Assembly: GCA_951406725.2 (NCBI GenBank) | Contig: OX597834.1 | Coordinates: forward strand, 23,374,001 to 23,438,000 | Length of the DNA: 64,000 nt | Source: Octopus vulgaris | Lineage: Eukaryota | Direction of reading: 5' to 3' | Shown: positions 35,901 through 57,400 of the stretch, one piece after another | How positions within the stretch are numbered: the stretch's first letter is position 1 | How the letters are laid out: each line of letters starts with the position of its first letter | Made by a program: the position numbers and the translations under genes | Notes under the pieces: generated by a model | The model's database searches: none | What the model was told of the DNA's origin: nothing | What the model saw: the letters and a program-made list of their open reading frames with translations, nothing else

Positions 35901-38310
35901 GAAGTTGAGTAGTAATTCAAAGTGACTATCGTGTCACTTGTTGTATCATGCTGATTTTCCCTGAGAAATTCATTAAGTGTATATGTATCTGTGGAATACT
36001 CAACCATTTACCAATTCAACAAACTGTTCTGTATATCAGACATTTGGAACAATCATCATCAAAACTGGCAGAAATCCCTTTTGTCCCCCTGCCATCAATA
36101 CATAATACCATTTGATAATCATCAAAACTATATTTTTTAAAGCAAAAATCCAAAATTTTTCCCAAAAATATCACACTTGCAGATCTCAACGGCTACAGGT
36201 GCCACAACTCCTAAAATGAAGGGCCTTATGCTGTTAAACTATGCCCTTCACCAAATGTAGGGTCTTTGTACCTCTAAATACATCTTTCACAAAAATATGG
36301 TGTTTTGTGTTCCTGAATGAAAATCAGCATTTACAACTACAAAATCATAAGAATCATTAATTCATCTCAGACATTTAATAAATTAATTAACCAAATTAAA
36401 GATGTTTTTGTTATCTTTGTTGTGGGTTAGCTCACATTGTTCCATAAGAATCATAAGGCTGGTTTCTCAGGCATATATATATATATATATATATATATTC
36501 CTCATGGGTTGGGATGCCAATCTGTTGCATATCTTTTAACATAGAAATCATAAATAACTTCCCAAAAAAAACTTCAAGAAAATTCTAGAAACTCTTTGGA
36601 TTGTGAACAGGTGTATTTGATAGTTTAGCTGTCAAAGTTGAATATCTTTGTTTTATGACTTCACTAAAGAAAGAAAGGGAGTAACTTATCTTCAAAGCAA
36701 GGACCCTGCTGAAGACAACCTAAGATCAGGCAATGGTTTAATTCTATTCCTTCAACAACAGTTCATCAGATGGGTTTCCACTGTTCATGCCTGGCAAATC
36801 CACCCTCAAAACTTTGGTCAACCTGAAGCTTTTGTAGAAGATATCTGACTAAGGTGCCATGCAACGGGTTGAACTCAAAACCACATCATGTCAAATCAAA
36901 CTTCTTAACCAGAAAGTCATACCAGCCACAACAGAATTAATATGACTTCATTGGATTCACTAAAATACAGGCTTCAGTAGTGATTGGCAGCTGTTTCTTT
37001 TGTTATGTAAATGCAAGATTTCTCCTTTAATATATATATATTAAAGGTTTACAAGTCAATGTTGAGCTGTACTTCGTATTAGCAGTGTGTTGCTTTCATT
37101 TTTAACTTAATTCTACAGATTTTCTATAGAATTTAGAGCTTATGCAAAATCTGCTGAGATACACTTAAAAAAGAAACCATTCTATTCAACATTCTAATTA
37201 TTCTGCCAATTTGATCAACCTTAACCCTCTATCATTTAAATCAGCTGTACCTGACCCAAATATTTTGTTTTATGATCAAACTAGCCAGATCTGGCCTCTC
37301 ACACCTATTCTACAATGTCATTCTAAAGATGAACAATCACATTATTTAAAGATTGAAACTGCAAGATAATCCAAGATTAATTCAAAACAATGTGAATAAA
37401 TAAGCATTATATTTGAGAGAGTAATCTGGATACTAAAAGATTAAACTGTGGGGGTGAACATTTGAGTTATTGCAATGGCTGATGGTTAACAAAATGCTTG
37501 CTCCTTTCTTAGTGTCAGCACATTTTATACACCAAGTCATTTTACATAAAAGTTACTAATTTTCTTCAGGTCACTCAAAATTGTCTGCTGGGGCACAGAT
37601 GAAGACATCTTGCATTTACATAACAGCTGTCAAAGTTGTAGAAAAGAGTTGTAACGTCACTGGTACCCAACTGTACCGACCCCTTTGCTTTTCCCTTGGA
37701 TAACATCGGTGGCTCCTAAATGATATTGGTAACCGGTATGGCCACAGCAGCCAAAAGACAACGGCGGTGTCGTGTTTGAATTGCAAAAGAAAGCAGCCAA
37801 ACAGCCTTCAAATCACTGATTACCGTTTTAAAAAGAAAAGCAAACAAGGAAAAGAACGTGTCTGGGCGACCTTTCGCTCTGGTTGACCACGTTTGCAATG
37901 CTGTCTGATGTATGATTAAAAAAAGGAGGGATGGGCACAGCAGGAATGTTTCTGATCATAATCCTGCCGGATTGTGGTTAAATAACAATACCACCACCAC
38001 TACTACTAGCCTGCAGCAAACAAAACTGACGTGTTGGACACAAATGGAATTACCTTTGTATAATTGTCCTATTGGATCATGATCTCGCTCAAGGTTAAAC
38101 AACAACAACATCATCAGTTGTTGTTGTTGTTTAATTATGGCAGTAGTAATGAATCTAGTTACATTATCAAATAATAACAGAGATAAGAGTTGTTTGGATA
38201 TAATATTTTATCTAAGCATCCAGCTGAGATAAGTTTTTATGAAGTATTGAGCATCTTCCCGGTATTGGTGTTGATCGTGACTACATCGAAGTACAGGGTA
38301 GGGCTGGCCT

Positions 38311-38717
38311 GAAGGCGGCGAGCTGGCAGAATCGTTAGCACGTCTGGCGAAATGCTTTGCGGTATTTCAGCTGCCGTTACGTTGTGAGTTCAAATTCCGC
38401 CGAGGTCGACTTTGCCTTTCATCCTTTCGGGGTCGATAAATTAAGTACCAGTTAGCACTGGGGTCGATATAATCGACTTAATACCTATGTCTGTCCATGT
38501 TTGTCTCCTCTATGTTTAGCCCCTTGTGGGTAATAAAGAAATAGGTATTTCGTCTGCCCTTACGTTGTGAGTTCAAATTCCGCCGAGGTCGACTTTGCCT
38601 TTTATCTTTTCGGGGTCGATAAATTAAGTACCAATTACGCATTGGCGTCGATGTAATCGACTTAATCCGTTTGTCTGTCCCCTCTGTGTTTAGCCCCTTG
38701 TGGGTAGTAAAGAAATA
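38311..38717 (+). mobile_element. Dimeric tRNA-derived SINE with 14-bp TSD
   Basis: Full unit plus 5'-truncated second unit; TSD GGTAGGGCTGGCCT at 38297-38310 and 38718-38731. Confidence 0.85.
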
Positions 38718-39789
38718 GGTAGGGCTGGCCTTTATGGTGAGTCTTTTCACATTCATGCCTTAGTTTCGTACGTACATACATACATACATATATATATATA
38801 TACACGCTACCACGTGTGTTGAAGTGATGGATGTATTGTTGTATATTCCTTGTGTTGCACACCCTTGTGTATGTATGTATATTTACAAAAAGACACACAT
38901 ACACACACCCCCATAGAGGATCTTTTCTGTTTTGGCTGCCACTTTTATATAGACATAACTACACAAGTGTACCCCACTGATCTGGTTTCCCCATAACTTT
39001 CAGAAAAACGGGTAATTTTTTATGAAATTTTCTACAAATACCTTTCAGATTTGTCACGATTGTTCGTTAATTTCCGTAAATCTTTTTTTATTTATTTACC
39101 CTTGTTTTCCTGACGTGTCGAAGGCGACATTTGCTTCGAAGTTGAAGTAAAACAGATGACAGCGTGCTCGCACCCCACCCCCCCCCATTAACTTCCATGT
39201 TTTTGACTTGAAAACTGAAACTCTGTATGGTCGTACGTATGTGTGTTAGCGCCCTCAAAGTGAAACAGAGAGTAGAGTGCGAGCGCTGGCGCACATGCAC
39301 ACACATACATAAGCGCAACATCTAGTTCTTAAAATCTCGGATATAGATTTTCTAAGTTATAGGATCCGCTCTTACAAGCCAACATCAAACCCTACCATGA
39401 GATTTCAGGATAGCGGGCTGATATCGGCTCGTCGAAACGGTCATTGCCATTAATAAGGATTACATTCTGCGTGACATTCAAGTCATAACGGGTACTACTT
39501 AAGAAGAGTGGTCCCGGTGCGCGCACTTTCTATCTTATTTTCCTTCCTATCTTATACAAGAAAATTGAATATAAACCCATTCCAATCTATTTAACGTTCA
39601 CTCTATGTTGACTGGTGATACAGTATGGGCAGATTTTCGAAATCCAATGAATCTTTATACATTTATGCAATTAGGAAATTTTATAAAAACACTTTCTCGG
39701 GGAGATATGATATACCTATTATAATGGGTAATACTACATGTACTTTTCATATTCTTTATAGTGTGATGTAACTCTTTGGAATAACAATG

Positions 39790-39886
39790 ATTGCGGCTGA
39801 AGAGAGCTTTAAACCATCTTTTATATCAATAATACACTGATGTAAGAACGGATTGTTTATACATCTTGAAACACGTGTACCGCGAT
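39790..39886 (+). ncRNA. Type I hammerhead ribozyme motif (Penelope-like element associated type)
   Basis: Stem I ATTGCGG/CCGCGAT, core CTGAAGA...GAAA, palindromic stem III CACGTG, GTA cleavage triplet. Confidence 0.6.
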
Positions 39887-39915
39887 ATCCTTTGTGTTCT
39901 GTTTTTAATTTTATT

Positions 39916-40038
<123 letters not shown>

Positions 40039-40299
40039 GATGTACACACTAACATATGTATACATACGCACACACTAAAATATGTATACATACACAGCCT
40101 ATGATAAATGAGTAGTTAAGGAGTGGCCAGAAAGTAGACACACGCAAACATGTATGACACAGATACACGATGTAAACAATTAAGTCTGTAAGGATTGGCT
40201 CGATATATATATATATACTCAGATCATTTTCTGCTTCCTGATAAACCTGAATATTGATATCTCAGTACATACACACAGACAGCTATACACACATACATA

Positions 40300-40530
40300 A
40301 GGCGGCGAGCTGGTAGAAACGTTAGCGCGCCGGACGAAATGCTTAGCGGTATTTCGTCTGTCGTTACGTTCTGAGTTCAAATTCCGGCGAGGTCGACTTT
40401 GCCTTTCAACCTTTCTGGGTCGATAAATAAAGTACCAGTTTCGCACTAGGGTCGATGTAATCGATTTAATCCGTTTGTCTGTCCTTGTTTGTCCCTCAAT
40501 GTTTAGCCCCTTGTGGGCAGTAAAGAAATA
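40300..40530 (+). mobile_element. tRNA-derived SINE
   Basis: Same head and AAAGAAATA tail as the 38311 element. Confidence 0.8.
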
Positions 40531-41597
40531 TATACACACCCATACATACATACACACATGCATGCAGACAGACAGATATACCTACATATTTACATAGTCT
40601 CGTGCGTGGCGATGTGGTAAGAACTTTGCTTTTCAACCACATAGTCCCGGGTTCAGTCCTACTGCGTGGCACCTTGGACAAGTGCCTTCATCTGTAATCT
40701 CAGACTGACCAAATTCTTGTGAGTGGATTCTGTAGATGGAAACTGAAAGAAGCCTGTTGTGTGTGTGTGTGTCTTTGTATTTGGGATCGTCCCCCTTCGC
40801 CGCTTGACAACTGGTGTTGGTGTATTTATGTCCCCGTAACTTAACAGTTCGGCATAAACATCCGATAGAATAAGTAGGAGGCTTAAAAAGAAACTAAGTG
40901 CTGTGTGTGTGTGTGTGTGTGTGTTTGTCCCCCCACCGTTCTTCAGAGCCGTACCCTTGCATGGTTGCAGACTGAAACAAGTAAAATATAAGTTATATAC
41001 ACTTAATTACATAGACGTATACATACACACACATGCATCAGACATTCATATATATACATCTATATATACACACACATGACTTACAATAACTGTCTTTTTC
41101 TTCCGTGACAGAAATATTTATCGGTCGGTCGCTAAAACATTATCCCCCGTCTGGTCAGATCCATGGTAGGGGCCCCTCACTTCCAAGCAGTCTACCAAGG
41201 TCCCTTCCACCTACGGATTACGGTGGGGGTTTGGAAATCGTTCCAGATGCTGCCCTCCTTCCTCTCACTGACTCGTTTTATACATGTATGTGTGTGTATT
41301 CGTCTTTGTTCCCCGCCACCGCTTGACAACCGATGTTAGCGTGTTTACGTCCCCGTATCGTAGCAGTTCAGCAATAGGTTCCCGATAGAATAATTACCAG
41401 GCTTAAAAAAAAACAACAACAAGTACTGGGATCGATTCGTTAGACTAAAATTCATCAAGGCAGTGCTCCAGTATAGCCGCAGTCTAATGACTGAAACAAG
41501 GAAAATATGTATATATACATATATCTAAAATTATCTTTAAAAAAATCTAAATCAGCTGAAGATGACGTTAAATATTGGAGTACACTGTACCGCCCAC

Positions 41598-41704
<107 letters not shown>

Positions 41705-41977
41705 ATAGATTGCTAACCACTACACATTCTTTATTTTCTCTCCTTGTTTATTTCTGTGGAACTTCTTCACTTACTGAGCGTTAAACTAATACATCTGTTT
41801 GTTGTCTACACTACCTGTCTTCGTCTTTTTTTTTTTTGTGTGTGTGAATTCTCCCTAACCCGAATTTCTATTGGTACATTATCGATATCAGATACCAGTC
41901 ATTTGAACTCAGAACGTACAGTGCCGTATTTAAATACTGCAGTCACTTCGTCCAACTCTGCAGAACTTTACATGCCA

Positions 41978-42023
<46 letters not shown>

Positions 42024-42319
42024 CACAGTGGACTATCCCCCACTCCCTATCATCTGCTGTTTGGTCTTTAGTTGACTAGGATGCTTGTAGGTGTTCACTC
42101 GACCTGCTAGAAACAGCAACTAAATCCTCCTCACTTTAAAGCGACACGTTGGATTATTAAATAGAGAGATCTTAGGTTTCTTGTTCATAGTTAAAAGACA
42201 GAATGGTCACGATTGGAATGCCTTTTATCATTGGTTTGCTCGATCAAGGCTGACCTTGGGCTAAACAACTGCTCTAACACACACTATTTATTACGAAGTC
42301 GATGCGTCCATAGTTTACT

Positions 42320-43040
42320 TTTTTTTATCTTTCTCTCCTCCTCTACTCAGCTTCTTCCCATTTGTTAATCTTATGTTTTCTTTTCTCATCTTCCTTTTTC
42401 CTTTCCTGTCTCTCTCTCGCACTCTATTCCATTTCTGACCTTCCCCTCCGCTTTCGTTTCTACTTTCTTTCTCTCCTCATCTGTTCCGACTCCTGTCTTT
42501 TTCTTAAACTTTCTTCCACTTCTTTATTTTTCTCCTTTGTTTTAACATTCGTTTTCCCCTTTCTTTGTATCTCTTTACCTCATTATTTGTTTCTTTCTAT
42601 CTCTCTCTCACTTTTTCTTTTCTTTAATTCTATTTCTTTCCTGTTATTCCCCCTTTTATTTTCTCTTACTCTCCTCTCTTCATTCTCTTACTCGTTCTCC
42701 ACGCTTCCCCTCCGTTTACCTGTCTTACTCTCACTTTCATCTCTCCCTCTGTAATTCATAACCTTCTTCCCTATACTTTTTCCTGTCTTTCTCTTCGTTT
42801 ACTTAATCCTTATTCCATCTCTCCTTTCATTTATTTCTTACTCTCTCACCTCACCCCTTTACTCTCTCTGACATCATCCCTCTTTGCGTTTCGTTTTCTC
42901 TCTCTTAGCTATATTATTCTTTCTCTCCTCATCCCCTTATTGCTCTCCCTCATTCTCTCTATCCCTACTTCTTTTCTGTCGTGCCTCAGCCTATTTCCAT
43001 GGCTTAATTACTCTATTATTCCGTTATTCTTTCCTTCTCC
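42320..43040. repeat. Polypyrimidine (CT-rich) low-complexity tract
   Basis: ~700 nt almost entirely C/T on the + strand. Confidence 0.85.
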
Positions 43041-44099
43041 AATGACAGCATTCACACACATACATACATATATCTTATAAAAATACACAAACACACACTG
43101 GCTACGCATACATATATGTATGTGTTTATAGACACATACATATATGTAACATGGGCGTTATGTATTTATGCATACATACACATAGATACGCACTATCTCA
43201 CATTATGAATACCCATATATGTATAGTAACACATGCGCACATACGGTGATACATACTTCCTCAGAATAAAACATACACCCATATATGCTTATAGTGACAC
43301 ATACATCTTTAATGTACTTGCAGCAACTCACACATACATATCCAGATAGATACTCACGTACATAAACATATATATATATAGAGAGAGAGAGAGTAAGATG
43401 CATTTACATCCTCAGTTTTCAAAATGCCCGTATGTTAACTTGCGCGCGCATACACACAAACACACACTGACAACTACATACGTCTACATAGTGAAAATGC
43501 CCGTATGTGTTCATAGCTACACACGCACACATTGGTACATATACACTGACATAAATATACGCATACATTAACAGCTACGCTCCCACAGACGCACCCAGAT
43601 ATTAGTATAGATATATATTCATATTTTATATCCACGCTCGTATACATAGACACACATTATATCCACATACATGCGCAGTCATACATAAAAATACACACAC
43701 ACAGCCATATTATACAAATGCCCGTATGTGTTTATAGCATACACATATATGTATATACACACATACATCGCCTGTGTGTAAATGCCCGTATGTAACTGCT
43801 ATAAATCGACTCCTCTACAACACGAGGCAGAAGGACCGCAGCCGTGATCGTCTTCACTTCTGTCCTCGCTCTTACTCATTCACACCTTCACTCACACTCT
43901 AAGCCGGTACTCGACGTATATATACTCCATAACGCTTGTCTTTAGGAAAGAAAGCCTCCCTGTTGTTTTTCTCTTTGGGTCATTTACAAGCAAACATTTA
44001 GCCGTAGTTGTATAGTAGCCTTAGCCATTTTTTTTTTTTTTTTTACACTTCTATATTAGTCTCCCACTGCCTTCCTGTTGTCATCTATTGCGTTGATCG

Positions 44100-44576
44100 T
44101 CTTTATAGAAAGACGGAAAAGAAGCGAAGCCGTGGCGTACTACAGATTTATTTTCAGAGATATTTATAATTACTGAAAGTTTTTCTTTGTCTTGTCACAT
44201 TAAAGGGTGGGGGAAAAAATGGCTGACTTCCACTGAACGCCATTTTATGTTTCTTTCCCGCCCTTCACTGACAAAACGATTTATACTTTCGCTTCATCCT
44301 TAGTAGTAGTCTTTATTTATTTGTTTATAAGCAACAGCAATATGAAGCTTTCTGATTTCTCGGACATTCAACCAACATAATTGATACCTGAGGCGGCTTA
44401 TAAGATAGATAGGGGGGGACCGAAACGGAACTTGATTTTTTTTCTTACATAATTTTTTTCTTGTCCTTCCATAACGGAAGTAGTCCAACTTGGCATTTTT
44501 TTCACGACTTCCGGTAGTCGGGGTGTGTGTTTGTGATATTTATATTTCCTTTAATTTTTTTTTTTTTAATATTTCG
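44100..44576 (+). promoter_or_regulatory. NABP promoter/5' region
   Basis: Locally CpG-enriched. YY1-like AAAATGGC (~44216) and CGCCATTTT (~44238), ETS-like CGGAAGT (~44474) and ACTTCCGG (~44507), immediately upstream of the first coding exon. Confidence 0.55.
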
Positions 44577-54013
<9,437 letters not shown>

Positions 54014-55339
54014 CCAGTTGAAAGAGCCCTCAGCAACAAAAGGGGAGGTATCTCATCTGGTTTGTCCTCTACCAACTTCTCAAACATTACAGACTCTTAA
54101 CCACCTTCCCCACTCCCCAAACAACAACTTCAGTTCTTGATTTTTTTTTGTTTTCTTCTCTATCCCCTCCCCCAGAGGAACAAAGCAGTGACACAATTTT
54201 AATTATTAAAATATCCATAAACACACACACTGTGTGTGTGTGTGTGTGTGTGTTTTAAGGAGTTTGCTTCACAGCCAATTGGTTCTAGGGTTCAGTCCCC
54301 ACTGCATGCTGCTGAGGCAAGTAAATTCTTCCTTAGCCTTGCTTTGATCAAAACCATGGGAGCCGAGTTTGGGAGATGGAAACTGTGCTGAAGCCTTCCA
54401 TCTGTGTGTTTTGTGTGTGTGTGCCTAAAGTTCAGTGTAGTCTGTTAATCTCTTGTGACTTAGAGGTTTGACAAGTAGAGATGGAAAAATAAAATGTCAT
54501 GCTTGGTAGTTGACTAATATTTTGAGGATGGTGCACCAGCATGGCCACAACCCAGTGGCTGAATCTACTAAAAATGGAATGTGTGCGCGTGTATGCATAT
54601 GCTTTTGTCTATTAGTTATATATACCCCATAAATACACACACACACTCTCTCTCTCTATCTGCTTTCATAACTGAGATCATATAAGTGTATAGTTGGAAA
54701 AAAAAAAGTCCCATTTGGTTTCAGCCCTGAGCCTTACTTTTGTTAGCTGAATGGCCTACTGGTTGAGTATTCCGGTTGTGTCCATCCTTAATGTGAATCT
54801 TCAGACAGAATCAGCATGGAAAGGTGGGATCCAGGTTTATATACTTTTTTGAATATGAAGTACAATGCAGCTAAGGGCTTCTGCACAGTTTCCACTGAAT
54901 TTAATTGATCAGCCTTACTTTGGCCCAAGGGAGTGACATAAGGCACAATGCCAAAGACACCACAGTTGGATTGAACCTGGATCCTCATGGTTGTAAAGTA
55001 AACTTCTCAATCATTACACATACACACACGCATATAAACACATACACATCTATATACTCTGCTCTCCTCTCCCAGGTTTGACCTCTCAACATACTTCATT
55101 ATCATTTCATTATTTACAATACATTTTTCTTACAAATTCTCTTTTGTTGTTGTTGTTGTTATTGCAACTGGCAGTGGCTGTAGTTGTGTTGACACTGACC
55201 ACTGGTCAGTCCTGGAGTTTCATTTGATGACCAATTTGGGGTTTGCAGCTTGGGATGATAGCTACACTGACCATCAGCATTGAACAGTCCAAACGTGTGT
55301 ATGTATATGTGTGTGTATATATATATATTTTTTTTTTTT

Positions 55340-55605
55340 TACGTGACCGACCAGACCATCAGATGTTACACATCGCTGGTCACAATGCGTTCACATTGTT
55401 TTAACCTTCGAACAACGCCACCCCGCTGGCTAAGCAAGCAGGCCAACAGAAGAAAGAGTGGTGAAAGAGTACAGCAGGGATCACCCCTCCCTGCCAGAGC
55501 CTCGTAGAGCTTTAAGGTGTTTTCGCTCAATAAACACTCACAACGCCCGGTCAGGGAATCGGAACTGCGAGTCCGCTGCCCTAACCACTGGGTCATTGCG
55601 CCTCC

Positions 55606-55606
<1 letters not shown>
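55340..55606 (-). mobile_element. tRNA-derived SINE, second family
   Basis: Minus-strand head GGAGGCGCAATGACCCAGTGGTTAGGGCAGCGGACTCGC; related copy at 56724-56970. Confidence 0.7.
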
Positions 55607-55650
<44 letters not shown>

Positions 55651-56329
55651 CACACACGTGTGTGTGTGTGTCATGGTGACATTTCATATCCATGTTAAAT
55701 AAGAGCTCAACTAGCAAAGTTCGCATGTAGTTTGATGCCGTTTGGTGTTGCTTCCATTTGTTTCCCTGCACATGTCTAATCGATATTCTGGTTCTTGCTG
55801 CATACAACAAAGAACATCAAGTGTAAGCCAAAGAATGCATTGAACTTCTCTGTGCACCATCCACATCGAGACTGATGCATTGGTCTGGTGTGGTATCATT
55901 TGTGTTATAATCCTGTGAATAGCTGCATGCACATCTTGTTTTCTTTGCTCATCCAACTGGAGTAACAGGTGTGAGTAGGAGACGACAAAAGGAGGACGAA
56001 TTGAACTGCACTGTTGGACACGAACTTTATTAGTTGTTCTCTTTAACATAGTTATGAAATGTGTTGTTGCGAGTTACATTAATAATTTTGAAATCCCACC
56101 AGACTTTACACAAACACACACGCAATATGTGTGTTTGTGTGTGTGTGTATTGATGTTTAGCAAAAGCAACAGCAACTGGAATGGTGAGCTTGGTGCATTG
56201 ACACTTATCTATTTTTCCTGTTAGCATCACACGAACAATTTTGTCCTAAAAAAAGTTTGAGGTCATTGTAATAAAGGATGTCAGTTGACAGGAAGCTTAA
56301 AGGACTGAATATCATAGAGCAGAGGAAAG

Positions 56330-57400
56330 GAAGGATGATAGGAGTGAGTTGCAGAAAGTTAGAGGAAAGAAGCTATTAGAATAAACATAGTGCTTAGTAT
56401 CATTCTGAAGGGAGATCTCGCCTTTTCAATTGGCCAATTCTGGATGTTTTTCATCAATTGCTTCCTTTAATCTAATCGACAACAATAATTGTCTGGACTC
56501 AACATCTACTTTTGTAGACAATAATCCACAATGCTCTTCCAATCTCACCTGCTTCAGACACTGGTCAGTTATTTTTGGAGAGATTAAATATGGTTCATTT
56601 CATTTTCTCCAAACCATTTTTGTTTCATATTGTTGTAAACGATTGGCTTAACTGTATTCGTTCTTTTATTGCGCTTGAGCAGAGAATTGCAGATGGAAAT
56701 GTGGTCCATTTTATATATATATCACCGTGACTGACCAGGCTATCAGATGTTGCTACACATCACTGGTCACAATGCGCTTCGCATTGTTTTAGCCTTCAAA
56801 CAACGCCACCCCCCTGGCTAAGCAAGCAGGCCAACAGAAGAAAGAATGAGAGAAAGTTGCGGCGAAAGAATACAGCAGGGTTCGTCACCACCCCCTGCCA
56901 GAGCCTCGTGGAGCTTTAGATGTTTTCGCTCAATAAACACTCACAACGCCCGGTCTGGGAATCGAAACCGCGTTGTGAGTGTTTATTGAGTGAAAACACC
57001 TAAAGCTCCACGAGGCTCCAGCAGGGGGTGGTGGCGATCCCTGCTGTACTCGATGAGTGTATTGATTTGGTTATCATCAAAAACTGAAAGTCTGCTGGTC
57101 TGTTCAGTGTCACAGATCAGGATTTTCATTCTCAACCAAGTGAACCACTTACTAACAGTCCTCAAGTATCTCCATAAATTGCACATCTTTTTCGTTCATA
57201 GTACAGTGTTTCTCCCTTTCCTGCAATAAAACTGGATCAAATAATGAAAATGCATTTCATTTTACTCTATTTTCAATTCTAATGCAAAAGCAGTGGGAAT
57301 AAATTATCCACAGGGTGTGTGTTCTTTCGGAAAGAATGTCATACTTCAATCACGTGACAAGTGAAATATGTCAAAAACTATCAACTTTTGATCCAACCCA
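56330..57400 (-). mobile_element. Decayed mariner remnant interrupted by a SINE/foldback
   Basis: Minus-strand EAIDEKHPELAN-like transposase segment near 56430-56465; TIR-like ACTTTTGATCCAACCC near 57385. Confidence 0.5.
56868..57051. repeat. SINE-derived inverted duplication (foldback), ~82-nt arms
   Basis: 56868-56949 versus reverse complement of 56970-57051. Confidence 0.85.

Noticed and set aside
38311-38400. tRNA genes at SINE heads
   Set aside because: A/B-box-like heads continue into a shared SINE body and tail with TSDs; no complete cloverleaf
42362-42754. 130-aa hydrophobic ORF resembling a membrane protein
   Set aside because: Product of a CT-rich low-complexity tract
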